From: Alphaproteobacteria bacterium UBA3002
Lineage (GTDB): Bacteria; Pseudomonadota; Alphaproteobacteria; Rickettsiales; UBA3002
Assembly (NCBI GenBank): GCA_002346425.1
Contig: DDZS01000035.1
Coordinates: forward strand, 45,835 to 109,834
DNA: 64,000 bases
Direction: 5' to 3'
The notes under the pieces were generated by a model that saw only the letters and a list, made by a program, of their open reading frames with translations, was not told where the DNA came from and did not search any database. The number at the start of each line of letters is the position of its first letter. Position 1 is the first letter of the stretch. Below are positions 18,385-30,750 of the stretch, piece by piece. The translations under genes and the position numbers were made by a program.

Positions 18385-19581
18385 TTGACCGTGAATGCAA
18401 AGGAAACGCCAGTATTTGTCATTGCTACGGATGAGTCGGAACGGGAATATGCCGACCGCCTAGCCAACCTGCTCGGCTACGATTACGGCCATTTCTTTAT
18501 CGGTGACGGTCTACAGGCTGCCGATCATATTCGCGCCAACCAATTACCCGTCAGCTATATCTTCATGCTGATCGGCGATCGCAAAGACAGCATTATTCAA
18601 GAGCTGGCGCGTTTAGCGGAAGAATGTGTGCAGGGCACGCAGATTGTGCTGGCTGGCGAAATTAATGATATCGGTTTCTATCGCAAGATCATCGATTTGG
18701 GCGTCAATGAATATTTTGCGATGCCAATTGACATCCGCGAAGTCAGCATCGCTTTGGCCGGAAGTGGCAATGCCCCATCTAACAACGTAAACAGCACCGT
18801 AATCGCATGCATGAGCGCTGCCGCGGGAGATGGTTCTTCCACTGTCGCGTTAAATACTGCCTATTGCCTAGCTAAATCTCATAACGCGCGCACGGTGGTG
18901 GTCGATATGGATTACCAATTCGGCATGGTGGCGAAAAATCTTGATCTAAGTTCACCCTACGGCATCAAAGAACTCTTCGATCATCCCGATCGCGATATCG
19001 ATAGCGTGCTGGTCGACCGGATGGTGATTGGCTACAGCAATAACCTCGACATTATTGCCGCACCGAATGATTTGAAATTCTACCCCAATATTAAATCCGA
19101 GCTGATTCGCGATCTCATCACGACGTTACAAAAATCCTATCAGTTCGTGATACTTGATCTACCGCATATCTGGTCGCCTTGGGTGGCTGGGGCGCTGAAT
19201 CAATCCGATGCTATTGTGCTTGTAGCGCAGCTCTGGCTAAAATCGGTCGCGCATGCCGCGCGCTTACTGAATATCTGGCGCGAAACCGGCATCAATCCGG
19301 ATCAGGTCATGGTGACCATCAACCGCAGTGGTGCGAAATATAAAGAAGGCGTTACGGTAAAAGACTTCGAACGCGTATGCCATAAACGGGTGAACTTCTA
19401 TCTCCCTAACGATATCCGAAGTGTGGTGAATGCAGAAAACCAAGGCAAAACCATCCCTGAACTCGGGAAATCGCGTCTGGCAGAAGACATTATGGCCATT
19501 GCCAATGAGCTGCGCGACTTCAAAGAAGACATGGCCCAGCGAAAAAATAATCTAAAATTAACATTTTCTTCAGATTTATAG
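18385..19581 (+). CDS. cpaE: CpaE/TadZ pilus localisation protein (pseudo-receiver + MinD/ParA-like domain with degenerate Walker A)
   Basis: TTG start abutting the cpaD stop. N-terminal receiver-like fold, then the ParA-like region ACMSAAAGDGSSTVALN in place of the usual KGGxGxST. VVVDMD and ILDLP motifs are present. Confidence 0.85.
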   Translation: MTVNAKETPVFVIATDESEREYADRLANLLGYDYGHFFIGDGLQAADHIRANQLPVSYIFMLIGDRKDSIIQELARLAEECVQGTQIVLAGEINDIGFYRKIIDLGVNEYFAMPIDIREVSIALAGSGNAPSNNVNSTVIACMSAAAGDGSSTVALNTAYCLAKSHNARTVVVDMDYQFGMVAKNLDLSSPYGIKELFDHPDRDIDSVLVDRMVIGYSNNLDIIAAPNDLKFYPNIKSELIRDLITTLQKSYQFVILDLPHIWSPWVAGALNQSDAIVLVAQLWLKSVAHAARLLNIWRETGINPDQVMVTINRSGAKYKEGVTVKDFERVCHKRVNFYLPNDIRSVVNAENQGKTIPELGKSRLAEDIMAIANELRDFKEDMAQRKNNLKLTFSSDL

Positions 19582-19596
19582 GCGAAGATCGGCATT

Positions 19597-21075
19597 ATGT
19601 TTGGATCAAAAAAATCGTCAGATACTCCCCAGGGCGAAGGCCAGAGCTCACAGCTGCCTGCGACCATCGATCAACCGAATCAGTTAGAAGCGCAGCGCGA
19701 GAAAGAGGTCATCACCTCTGAAAGCGCCATTCCGTTTTTAAAAACGACTAATAAAACCGGCCCCGCAAATGTCGCGACTTACACAGACAAGTCTTTAGAG
19801 ACGCAGGATTTCATTACGGCGAAAGCCGAACTTCTGGCAAAACTGGTCGAACAAATTGATTTCGTCACGCTCAATCAGCTGAAGCGCGATAAGCAGCGTC
19901 AAAAAGTTAGCGAACTCGTCGACAAATATCTTGGCGACCTAATCACCCCGCTGAACGCGAAGCAAATCAGCGTGATTAAAGACCAGCTACTTGATGATAT
20001 TTTCGGCTTCGGACCTATGGAGCCGCTGTTAAATGATCCGGATATTTCGGACATCATGATTAACGGGCCAGAAGATGTCTTTATCGAGCGCGCCGGTAAA
20101 ATCCTACCCACTGATGTCAAATTCGCCGATGAACGGCAATTGCTCACCATTATTCAGCGCATTGTCGCCCGAGTGGGTCGCCGTATCGACGAATCCTCTC
20201 CCATGGTCGACGCGCGCATGCCGGATGGTTCCCGCTTTAATGCCATCATCCCACCGCTATCCTTAAATGGTAGCTTGGTGTCGATTCGTAAATTTAAAAA
20301 GAACAAGATGCCGCTGAGTCAATATGTCGAATATGGCTCGATGACAGATGCGATGTATCGCTTTTTGTTCCTGTGCAGTAATATCCGCCTGAACATGATC
20401 GTCTCTGGCGGTACCGGTAGTGGTAAAACTACCCTGCTCAATGCCCTTTCCGGCGGGATTGATGACGATGAGCGGATTATTACCATTGAAGATGCCGCCG
20501 AATTGCAATTGCAACAGCCGCACGTGCTGCGTTTAGAAACGCGCCCCGCTTCTACGGAAGGCAAAGGCGAAGTTAACCAGCGCCAACTCGTGAAAAATGC
20601 CCTGCGGATGCGCCCAGACCGGATTATTCTCGGCGAAATTCGTGGTGACGAGGTCATCGACGTATTGTCGGCAATGAATACCGGCCACGATGGATCGATG
20701 GCAACTATCCACGCCAATAATCCGAAAGATTGTCTGGCGCGTTTGGAGAATCTGGTCGGGATGTCCGGCGTGCAAATCACATCGAAGTCGCTGCGTCAGC
20801 AGATTGCCAGCGCCGTTCAGCTCATTGTACAAGTCGAGCGGATGAAAGACGGTGGCCGCCGTATTGTGGCGATTGAAGAGATTGTCGGCATGGAAGGCGA
20901 TGTGATCACAACACAAACATTGTTTAGCTACAAAGCCTCCGGCTTAGACGCAAATGGCAAAATTAAAGGCGAATTTGTGTGTCACGGCATACGCCCAAAA
21001 ATGATGGCGCGCGCCGAATATTACGGCAAAGAAAAAGAAGTGCTGGCCTGTTTTCAGGTTGGCATGAACGGATAA
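19597..21075 (+). CDS. cpaF: CpaF/TadA secretion ATPase
   Basis: Walker A GGTGSGKTT, Asp/His boxes (ITIEDAAEL, RPDRIILGEIRG, GHDGSMATIHAN), 492 aa. Confidence 0.95.
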   Translation: MFGSKKSSDTPQGEGQSSQLPATIDQPNQLEAQREKEVITSESAIPFLKTTNKTGPANVATYTDKSLETQDFITAKAELLAKLVEQIDFVTLNQLKRDKQRQKVSELVDKYLGDLITPLNAKQISVIKDQLLDDIFGFGPMEPLLNDPDISDIMINGPEDVFIERAGKILPTDVKFADERQLLTIIQRIVARVGRRIDESSPMVDARMPDGSRFNAIIPPLSLNGSLVSIRKFKKNKMPLSQYVEYGSMTDAMYRFLFLCSNIRLNMIVSGGTGSGKTTLLNALSGGIDDDERIITIEDAAELQLQQPHVLRLETRPASTEGKGEVNQRQLVKNALRMRPDRIILGEIRGDEVIDVLSAMNTGHDGSMATIHANNPKDCLARLENLVGMSGVQITSKSLRQQIASAVQLIVQVERMKDGGRRIVAIEEIVGMEGDVITTQTLFSYKASGLDANGKIKGEFVCHGIRPKMMARAEYYGKEKEVLACFQVGMNG

Positions 21076-21089
21076 GGATGGCTGCGTAA

Positions 21090-22061
21090 ATGGAACTGCT
21101 TTTTGTTACGATTGGTGTCTTCATCCTCGCCTATTTTGGCTTTGTGGCCTTTTTCCCGAAGCTGGATGATTCGAATAAAAAAGAACGTACGCAACAGGCC
21201 TTAAAAGATATTTTCGATCAAACCCACGCGGGCGATGCCGAAAACGATGTGGCAATTCAACGCGGTGAATATATCGAACAGTCCGGCTTGATCGGTTCAG
21301 TTTACTCTATTCCGCCTTTTAAAGGGCTATATACGCATATTTTGCAAGCCGGTTACATGCATCAAGCCGGAACGATCTTTTTCCTGCTTATTGGTGCGAT
21401 GATTCTGGTTCCTGCTTTCATGATCATGCAAGGAATGAACGCTTTACTGGCAATTATCGCGGGGCCAGTGCTCGCTTACTTCGTTTTTTACAAATATTTC
21501 AAAGGTAAAATTCGCAAACGCAACATGAAGTTTATTAATCTATTCCCTGACGTACTTGATATGTGCGTGCGCAGTCTTCGTTCGGGTTTTCCGATTTCGG
21601 CCGCCATGCGCATGGTGGCAGAGAATATGGATCCCCCAGTCAAAGGCGAATTCCAGCAAGTGGTGCAGGAAATGGAAGCTGGGCGTAGCGTAGTAGAAGC
21701 GCTGGAGCGTATGTCACGCCGCGTGAATGAGCCAGATGTGAACTTCTTCATCGTCGTTTTAAAAGTCCAACAGGAAACCGGCGGCAATTTAGCGGAAGTC
21801 ATCTCAAACCTGTCGAAAATTATTCGTCAGCGCAAGCAATTGCGGCTGAAAGTAATCGCGTTGACCTCTGAAGGGCGCACGACATCTTACATTCTAGGCT
21901 CACTGCCAGTAGTTATTTTTGGCGCGCTTTATTTCATTCAGCGCGATTATCTGGCTCCTTTATGGGAAACGTGGACCGGTAATATTATTTTGGGCATCTC
22001 GATCGGTCTGGTCGTTTCGTGTCTGTATATTGTAAACAAAATGGTGCAGATCGAGGTGTAG
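21090..22061 (+). CDS. tadB: Flp pilus assembly inner-membrane protein TadB
   Basis: T2SS-F type domain (FPDVLDMCVRSLRSGFPISAAM...ETGGNL) with flanking TM segments. Confidence 0.9.
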   Translation: MELLFVTIGVFILAYFGFVAFFPKLDDSNKKERTQQALKDIFDQTHAGDAENDVAIQRGEYIEQSGLIGSVYSIPPFKGLYTHILQAGYMHQAGTIFFLLIGAMILVPAFMIMQGMNALLAIIAGPVLAYFVFYKYFKGKIRKRNMKFINLFPDVLDMCVRSLRSGFPISAAMRMVAENMDPPVKGEFQQVVQEMEAGRSVVEALERMSRRVNEPDVNFFIVVLKVQQETGGNLAEVISNLSKIIRQRKQLRLKVIALTSEGRTTSYILGSLPVVIFGALYFIQRDYLAPLWETWTGNIILGISIGLVVSCLYIVNKMVQIEV

Positions 22062-22065
22062 CCCA

Positions 22066-23013
22066 ATGACGCAATTCGCTCTTACCGCCCTGATCGCTGT
22101 CATCGTCTTTACGGTGGTGATTTACATTATGCATAGTTCACGCCGCAAGCAGCAGTCGGAAGATTTGGCCGATCGCATCAGTTCCGGCAGCAGTTTTGCC
22201 ATGGACGATAGCGAGGCGCTGCACAGTTTAGAGCGTCAGCCGACCGACACAATGATGGGGCTAGCACGCATTTTGCCGCTGACTGGCGTCAATGTCAGCC
22301 GCGCCACAAAGGATTTAAAACCGCAGTTTGAGCGTGCCGGACTCGACCCCGTCAATGGGCCGATCATTTATCTTTTCTGTCAGCGTATCTTGTCGATTGT
22401 GTTTATCCTCATTGCCATTGCTATGTTCTCGACCGATGCAGAGGGCACCGACAAATTATTACATTACCTGATTGGCGGCCTGGTCATTATCATCGGGCTA
22501 TTCGGTCCAAAACTCTACCTCACCAACTGCACGCAAAAACGGCAAAAAGAGTTGAAGAAATCCTTTCCCGATGCGCTCGATCTATTGCTGATTTGCGTGG
22601 AATCCGGTTTGGCGATGGACGCTGCCCTAAACCGCGTATGTGCAGAACTTGGCGCCACGCACCCCACGATTACCGAAGAGTTAAACCGCACGCGCCTTGA
22701 GCTGGCATTGCTAGGCGACCGTACGCAAGCGCTGATGAATATGGGCGACCGCACCGATATGGTAGCCTTCCGCTCTTTAGCCACTGCTTTGATTCAAACC
22801 GAGAAATTCGGCACCTCGCTCGCCGATACGCTGCGCGTGATGTCGGATGATTTCCGCCAAACGCGGATTTTAGAAGCCGAAAACCGTGCCGCACGGATTC
22901 CGGCTTTAATGACCATCCCGCTCATTTGTTTCCTGCTCCCGTCATTTATTCTCATCATTATCGGTCCGGTGATTGTGGGTGTGGTCGAGCGCGGAAGCTT
23001 CTTCCAAGGTTAA
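22066..23013 (+). CDS. tadC: Flp pilus assembly inner-membrane protein TadC
   Basis: Second T2SS-F type domain (FPDALDLLLICVESGLAMDAAL...EKFGTSL) with TM segments. Confidence 0.9.
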   Translation: MTQFALTALIAVIVFTVVIYIMHSSRRKQQSEDLADRISSGSSFAMDDSEALHSLERQPTDTMMGLARILPLTGVNVSRATKDLKPQFERAGLDPVNGPIIYLFCQRILSIVFILIAIAMFSTDAEGTDKLLHYLIGGLVIIIGLFGPKLYLTNCTQKRQKELKKSFPDALDLLLICVESGLAMDAALNRVCAELGATHPTITEELNRTRLELALLGDRTQALMNMGDRTDMVAFRSLATALIQTEKFGTSLADTLRVMSDDFRQTRILEAENRAARIPALMTIPLICFLLPSFILIIIGPVIVGVVERGSFFQG

Positions 23014-23056
23014 CGTCAGCTTGTAACCGCCATTTTCTGCGCCATATAGCAGTAAT

Positions 23057-25036
<1,980 letters not shown>

Positions 25037-25117
25037 AGGTGCATTGCAAAATCGATTCTTATCGCAGTAAGTTTTAAAAAGATTGCAAGTTCTTGATGTT
25101 CGGCTAGCCTGCCAGGC

Positions 25118-26092
25118 ATGAGATGGATTGCACTGCTCGCATTGCTATGGTCGTCTGCCTATGCGGCGGAGACGATGTCGATTGCGACGGGATCGCCCGC
25201 GGGGTTATATTATCCGTTTGGCGGCGGGCTCGCGTCGATCTGGTCGAAGGCGCGGCCGGACATCAATATCAAAGCGGAAGTCACCGGCGCGTCGGTCGTG
25301 AATATTATTCAAGTGGCCAAAGGCGAATCGGAGCTCGGCATCTCTCAAGGTGATGCATTGCGCGAAGCCATTAATGGCGAGGGCAAATATCCTTACCCCA
25401 TGCCGGTGCGTGCCCTGTTTGCGCTTTATCCCAATATTGTGCACGCCATCGCATTGGAAGATGCGGGCATTGCGTCGATTGATGATTTTAAGGGCAAGCG
25501 CGTGTCCGTCGGGGCACCGGGATCGGGCACCGCGATTACCTCTCTGCGCCTGTTAGAAACGCTGGGCCTCACCACGGATATGTATGACGTACAATATCTC
25601 AGCTATACCGAAACCACCGATGGCTTAAAAAACGGCACGTTGGATGCTGGGTTTTTGGTGGGCGGACTTGGACTGGCTGCCGTGGTTGAACTGGCCCTAA
25701 CCCGCGATATGATGTTAATCCCTTTCAGCGATGAAGAAATGCAGAAAATCAGCGCGCAATGGCCGGCCTATACGCCATTCGATGTGCCGACGAATAGCTA
25801 TCAGGGCGTTAAAGAGCCGGTGCAGACGGTTTCGCTTTGGAACTTCCTCATCGTCCATAAAGACATGCCGGACGATGAAGCCGTATGGCTCACCACCAAA
25901 GCGTTGCTAAATCAGAAATTTCTGATGGGGGTGACTAAATCTGCGCGGTTTATGACCCCGGATAACAGCCTGAAATATGGTCAGGGCATCCTACATCCAG
26001 CGGCCGAGCGCCTGTTCAATGCCCCCTTCCCTCGCCCTAAAAGCACGGGAGCGGACGCCACCCCCGCAAAGGGAATGGGTGAGGGTTTATGA
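25118..26092 (+). CDS. TAXI-family TRAP transporter solute-binding protein
   Basis: Signal peptide and the TAXI pattern IATGSPAGLYYPFGGGLA...VTGASVVNI...GESELG. A fused TRAP permease follows. Confidence 0.85.
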   Translation: MRWIALLALLWSSAYAAETMSIATGSPAGLYYPFGGGLASIWSKARPDINIKAEVTGASVVNIIQVAKGESELGISQGDALREAINGEGKYPYPMPVRALFALYPNIVHAIALEDAGIASIDDFKGKRVSVGAPGSGTAITSLRLLETLGLTTDMYDVQYLSYTETTDGLKNGTLDAGFLVGGLGLAAVVELALTRDMMLIPFSDEEMQKISAQWPAYTPFDVPTNSYQGVKEPVQTVSLWNFLIVHKDMPDDEAVWLTTKALLNQKFLMGVTKSARFMTPDNSLKYGQGILHPAAERLFNAPFPRPKSTGADATPAKGMGEGL

Positions 26093-26164
26093 ACGCTGAA
26101 ACCAACGTGATGAGTGGGCAAGGCATAGCGCACTCTGCCGAGCGCTTGTTTAGGGAGACCTCGC

Positions 26165-28069
26165 ATGGCGACGCATAATGCAGACATAGTGGCGCAACAT
26201 CCGCTGGAACGCCCGGTGATGTGGCTGCTCTTCACCATCGCCACCGCCTTATCCATCTTCCAGCTCTGGCAAGGTGTCAGCGCGGATATGAGCGCGACCT
26301 ATTTCCGCCCCATTCATCTAAGTTGGATTTTGGTGCTGGTGTTTTTAAAATATCCGAGCATCAAAAGCATCGATTCGCCGCTCTATATTCCCGGTCGTAT
26401 TGTTGACTTTGGGTTATCGGTTTTTTGCATCTGGGCCGGGTGGTTGGTCGTCGATTTCGATTATACTGGCATTGATCATCTATTGAACGGCTTACATCAG
26501 TTTGATTATTGGGCGGGTGTTGGACTGCTTTTCCTCACTATCGAAGCCACACGCCGTAGCGTCGGCTGGGAAATGGCAATCATCGGCCTGATCTTCATGC
26601 TCTATGTCTTATTCGGCAATCTGCTCCCTGACGCTATTGCCAATCGCGGTTTCTCGATGGAGCGCATCGTCCGGTTTCAGGTCTTTACCAGCGAAGGTCT
26701 GTATGGCGCGCCTCTGGGCATTGCGGCGACTGCCGTGTTTATGTTTGTCTTGTTCGGCGCCTTTCTGGAAGCGACCGGGGTCGGCAAATTCCTGATCGAT
26801 ATTTCCTATGCCGCGGCGGGCAAATATCGCGGCGGCCCTGCTAAGGCATGCGTACTGGCATCGGCGGGCATGGGTTCCATTTCCGGCTCGGCGATTGCCA
26901 ATGCGGTGGCTGTCGGCGCGCTGACCATCCCGATGATGAAAAAATTAGGCTATAAGCCCGAACAGGCAGCGGGGATCGAAGCCTCCGCCTCAACGGGCGG
27001 GCAGATCATGCCGCCGATTATGGGGGCGGGCGCGTTCATCATGGCGGATCTGACCAATACGCCTTACCGCGACATTGTGCTGATTTCGATCGTTCCAGCG
27101 ATCCTCTATTTCGTGTCGGTCATGCTCTACGTGCATTTGATGGCGTGCAAACTCGGGCTAAAAGGCATCGACGAAAAACCTAACCTAAAACAGATTTTTG
27201 CCGATGGCTTTCACTTCCTGCTACCGCTGGGGCTGGTCATTGGTCTGTTGATGCTTAATTATTCGCCGACGCTCGTTGGCGCTATCGGCTCCGGGGCAAT
27301 GATTCTCGCCTGCATGCTGCGCCCACACAGCCGCATCGGCGTGCGCGATATTCTCAATGGTTTGAAGTGCGGTGCCTTGATGATGCTGCCGATTTCCGCC
27401 GCCTGTGCGACGGCGGGTATTATTGTCGGTGTCATCGGCCAGACCGGGCTAGGGCTGCAATTTACTGAATTCGTGCTGTCGCTTGCGGACGGGCAATTGT
27501 GGCTCGCGCTAGCACTCGTGGCATGCGCCGCGTTGATTCTCGGTATGGGCCTGCCCGTTACAGCGGCCTATATCATTCTGGCGGTGATGGCTGCGCCCGC
27601 TTTGGAAGAATTGGGCATTGCCCTGCTCGCCGGGCATATGGCAATTTTCTGGCTCTCGCAGACGTCGAATGTGACCCCGCCCGTAGCGCTCGCTGCCTTT
27701 GCCGCTGCGGGTGTCGCCAACGCGCATCCGCAAAAGTCTGCGGTCGAAGCGCTAAAGCTTTCCAATGCGTTCTTCCTTGTGCCGCTGTTGATGGTCTATT
27801 CCGACCTGCTCTTTATCGGCGATGTGACGATGACTGGCTTCATTATCGCCAGCCTGACCAGCCTTGCCATGGTGTGCAGTCTGGCTTTTGCGATCGAGAA
27901 TTATGCCTTCACCTATCTCACCGTCGCGCAGCGGCTGTTATTCGCCGCCGTGGTGCCGTTGGTGTTATATGAAGACACAACCACCAGCGTCATCGCCTTC
28001 GCACTCTGGCTGGTCGGCATGGCCTGGAACCGGCAAACCGAAAAGCGTGAAATGGTGCGGACCGCCTGA
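26165..28069 (+). CDS. TRAP transporter fused 4TM/12TM permease
   Basis: 634 aa and highly hydrophobic, with many predicted TM helices. It sits downstream of the TAXI receptor, as is typical for TAXI-TRAP systems. Confidence 0.85.
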   Translation: MATHNADIVAQHPLERPVMWLLFTIATALSIFQLWQGVSADMSATYFRPIHLSWILVLVFLKYPSIKSIDSPLYIPGRIVDFGLSVFCIWAGWLVVDFDYTGIDHLLNGLHQFDYWAGVGLLFLTIEATRRSVGWEMAIIGLIFMLYVLFGNLLPDAIANRGFSMERIVRFQVFTSEGLYGAPLGIAATAVFMFVLFGAFLEATGVGKFLIDISYAAAGKYRGGPAKACVLASAGMGSISGSAIANAVAVGALTIPMMKKLGYKPEQAAGIEASASTGGQIMPPIMGAGAFIMADLTNTPYRDIVLISIVPAILYFVSVMLYVHLMACKLGLKGIDEKPNLKQIFADGFHFLLPLGLVIGLLMLNYSPTLVGAIGSGAMILACMLRPHSRIGVRDILNGLKCGALMMLPISAACATAGIIVGVIGQTGLGLQFTEFVLSLADGQLWLALALVACAALILGMGLPVTAAYIILAVMAAPALEELGIALLAGHMAIFWLSQTSNVTPPVALAAFAAAGVANAHPQKSAVEALKLSNAFFLVPLLMVYSDLLFIGDVTMTGFIIASLTSLAMVCSLAFAIENYAFTYLTVAQRLLFAAVVPLVLYEDTTTSVIAFALWLVGMAWNRQTEKREMVRTA

Positions 28070-28167
28070 TTTCTCGCGCCTGCGGCATATGTGCCACGCT
28101 TTAAATTCTGGGTTTTAGTCCTACCCTATGCTATAACTAGCCTGCGTTTGCGCGAAGGAGAAGGACG

Positions 28168-29535
28168 ATGCCCAATCAACAAACCGATATCTTTGGATTC
28201 AATCCTAATAATCGGCCCATGCCTGCCGGCACTACCATCCCGATGACCTGTTACGACCCGTACGGTATCGACGAAGTGATGATGAGCTATTTCGAAAATT
28301 CGCAGCTTTATACGCTTCATGAAATGCAGGCCGCGAGCCTGACCCCGATTCGTATGATGGCCAATGCGACCAAGCATTGGTTTACCAATCCGCTTAGTCC
28401 TATTTCGTATACCGACTATGGCCGTCATATGGCCGCAGCGGGCGAGCTGGTCGAGCGGATGACGATGCGCTATCCCAAGCCCGATTTCGGCATTAATTCG
28501 GTGCTGATGAATGGTAAGCCGACCAATGTGTTTCTCGAAAATGTGATCGAAAAACCCTTCTGTAACCTGCTGCATTTTGTGCGCGATGGCGACCAGATTG
28601 TCGAAGGCCTTAATGACACGAAAGTGTTAGTCGTCGCCCCCATGTCCGGCCACCATGCAACACTGTTACGTGGTACGGTCGAAGCGCTGATTCCGCATCA
28701 CGATGTGTTCATCACCGACTGGACCGATGCGCGGGAAGTGCCCTTAGGCGCCGGCGCGTTCGACCTGAATGACTATATCGATTATTTGATCGAGTTTTTG
28801 GAAAAACTAGGGCCCGAAACCAACACGGTCGCCGTCTGCCAACCGTCCGTGCCTTTGATGGCTGCGGTCGCGGTCATGTCGAAACGGAAGAACAATACCG
28901 CCCCCCGGACGATGACGTTAATGGGTGGCCCGGTCGATACGCGTAAAGCGCCTACCGAAGTGAATCGCCTGGCGAAAGAGCGCGCGATTCATTGGTTCGA
29001 AAGCAATGTGATCTCGCGCGTGCCGTTTAACTATCCGGGTTTCATGCGCCGCGTGTATCCCGGCTTTTTGCAACTGACCGGCTTTATGTCGATGAATATG
29101 GATCGCCATATCGATGCGCATGTCGGCTTGTTCAAACACCTCGTGCAAGGCGATGGCGAGGGTGCTACTGCGACGCGTAAGTTTTATAATGAATATTTAT
29201 CGGTGGCCGATTTACCGGCGGAATTTTATTTGCAAACCGTTGTCGAAGTCTTCCAGAAGCATAGCCTGCCGAAAGGCGAACTCATTCACCGGGGCGAGCT
29301 AGTTGACCCAACTGCGATCACCAAAACGGCGATATTATGTATTGAAGGCGAAAAAGACGACATCTCCGGCTTAGGTCAAACCAAAGCCGCGCTCGATATT
29401 ACGACCAAGCTTCCCGACAAGTTAAAAAAATACCACATGCAGATGAATGTCGGGCATTACGGTATCTTCAACGGTCGCCGCTGGCGCGAGCAAATCCGAC
29501 CGGTCATCACCGATTGGATTCGCGAACATCAGTAA
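28168..29535 (+). CDS. phaZ: intracellular polyhydroxyalkanoate (PHB) depolymerase PhaZ
   Basis: Family-typical N-terminal region (LYTLHEMQAASLTPIRMMA ... YPKPDFGI ... EKPFCNLLHF) and a strong AAGGAG RBS. Length is 455 aa. Confidence 0.85.
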   Translation: MPNQQTDIFGFNPNNRPMPAGTTIPMTCYDPYGIDEVMMSYFENSQLYTLHEMQAASLTPIRMMANATKHWFTNPLSPISYTDYGRHMAAAGELVERMTMRYPKPDFGINSVLMNGKPTNVFLENVIEKPFCNLLHFVRDGDQIVEGLNDTKVLVVAPMSGHHATLLRGTVEALIPHHDVFITDWTDAREVPLGAGAFDLNDYIDYLIEFLEKLGPETNTVAVCQPSVPLMAAVAVMSKRKNNTAPRTMTLMGGPVDTRKAPTEVNRLAKERAIHWFESNVISRVPFNYPGFMRRVYPGFLQLTGFMSMNMDRHIDAHVGLFKHLVQGDGEGATATRKFYNEYLSVADLPAEFYLQTVVEVFQKHSLPKGELIHRGELVDPTAITKTAILCIEGEKDDISGLGQTKAALDITTKLPDKLKKYHMQMNVGHYGIFNGRRWREQIRPVITDWIREHQ

Positions 29536-29598
29536 GCCTTGACGTGGGCGCCGGCTTTCTATACATGTCTCGGCAATTTGCCAATTAGGAAGTGAGTT

Positions 29599-30750
29599 TT
29601 GACGAAAGCGGATACCATCCCCGAACCCTACACGGCTGCCTTGATTCTAGCCGACGGCACACGTTTTTACGGCCATGGCCTCGGCGCGAAAGGCACCACA
29701 TTTGGAGAAATTTGTTTTAACACGGCAATGACCGGTTATCAGGAAATCCTGACCGACCCGTCTTACGCCGGGCAAGTGGTCACCTTCACCTCGCCGCATA
29801 TCGGCAATGTCGGCTGCAACGACGAGGACATGGAATCACGTGAATCCTTCGTGGCTGGCCTCATCATTCGTGAATTACCAACCGAACCGTCGAATTTCCG
29901 CAGCGCAGGATCGCTAGACGACTGGTTGGATTCGCGCGGGATTACCGGTATCGCCGGAATCGATACGCGCGCCCTCACCCGTCATATCCGCCTGCATGGC
30001 GCCAGCAATATCGCCATCGCCTATCCGGAAACCACGCAGAATCTGGATGCATTGGAAGCGGAGTTGAAGGCGCATCCCTCCATGGCCGGGCTGGATCTCG
30101 CCAAGAATGTCTCCACGAAAGAAGCCTATAGCTGGAAACAAACCACGTGGGAATTAGGCACCGGTTACCGCGATTTGGGCCAGGCCAAACACAAAGTCGC
30201 CGTGATCGATTACGGCGAGAAATACAATATTCTGCGCCTGCTTGCTGCCGAAGGCTGCGAATTGATGGTCTATCCGGCGGATGTCGACGCGAAAACCGTG
30301 CTAGACGCCAATCCGGACGGCATTTTCCTCTCCAATGGCCCGGGCGACCCCGCCGCCACCGGTCAATATGCGATTCCGGCCATCAAAGAATGGATGGCAT
30401 CCGGCATTCCGATCTTCGGTATTTGTTTAGGGCATCAGTTACTGTCGATCGCCATGGGCGGCCAGACGGAAAAGATGTTCCAAGGCCATCGCGGTGCGAA
30501 TCATCCGGTGCAGTGCCTAGATGATAAAACCATTGCGATCACCAGCCAGAATCATGGTTTCGCGACCAAGCATAACAGCCTGCCAGAATCGGCCGAAGTC
30601 ACGCATCTCTCGCTCTTCGATGGCACGATTCAGGGCGTGCGTTTAAAAGACAAACCGGTCTTTGGCGTGCAGTTCCACCCGGAAGGCTCTCCCGGCCCGC
30701 ATGATTCGCATAACATGTTCGCACAATTTGTGGAGGCGATGAATGCCTAA
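29599..30750 (+). CDS. carA: carbamoyl-phosphate synthase small (glutaminase) subunit
   Basis: TTG start. [26 protein letters not shown] and HPE motifs are present. It overlaps carB by 8 nt. Confidence 0.95.
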   Translation: MTKADTIPEPYTAALILADGTRFYGHGLGAKGTTFGEICFNTAMTGYQEILTDPSYAGQVVTFTSPHIGNVGCNDEDMESRESFVAGLIIRELPTEPSNFRSAGSLDDWLDSRGITGIAGIDTRALTRHIRLHGASNIAIAYPETTQNLDALEAELKAHPSMAGLDLAKNVSTKEAYSWKQTTWELGTGYRDLGQAKHKVAVIDYGEKYNILRLLAAEGCELMVYPADVDAKTVLDANPDGIFLSNGPGDPAATGQYAIPAIKEWMASGIPIFGICLGHQLLSIAMGGQTEKMFQGHRGANHPVQCLDDKTIAITSQNHGFATKHNSLPESAEVTHLSLFDGTIQGVRLKDKPVFGVQFHPEGSPGPHDSHNMFAQFVEAMNA

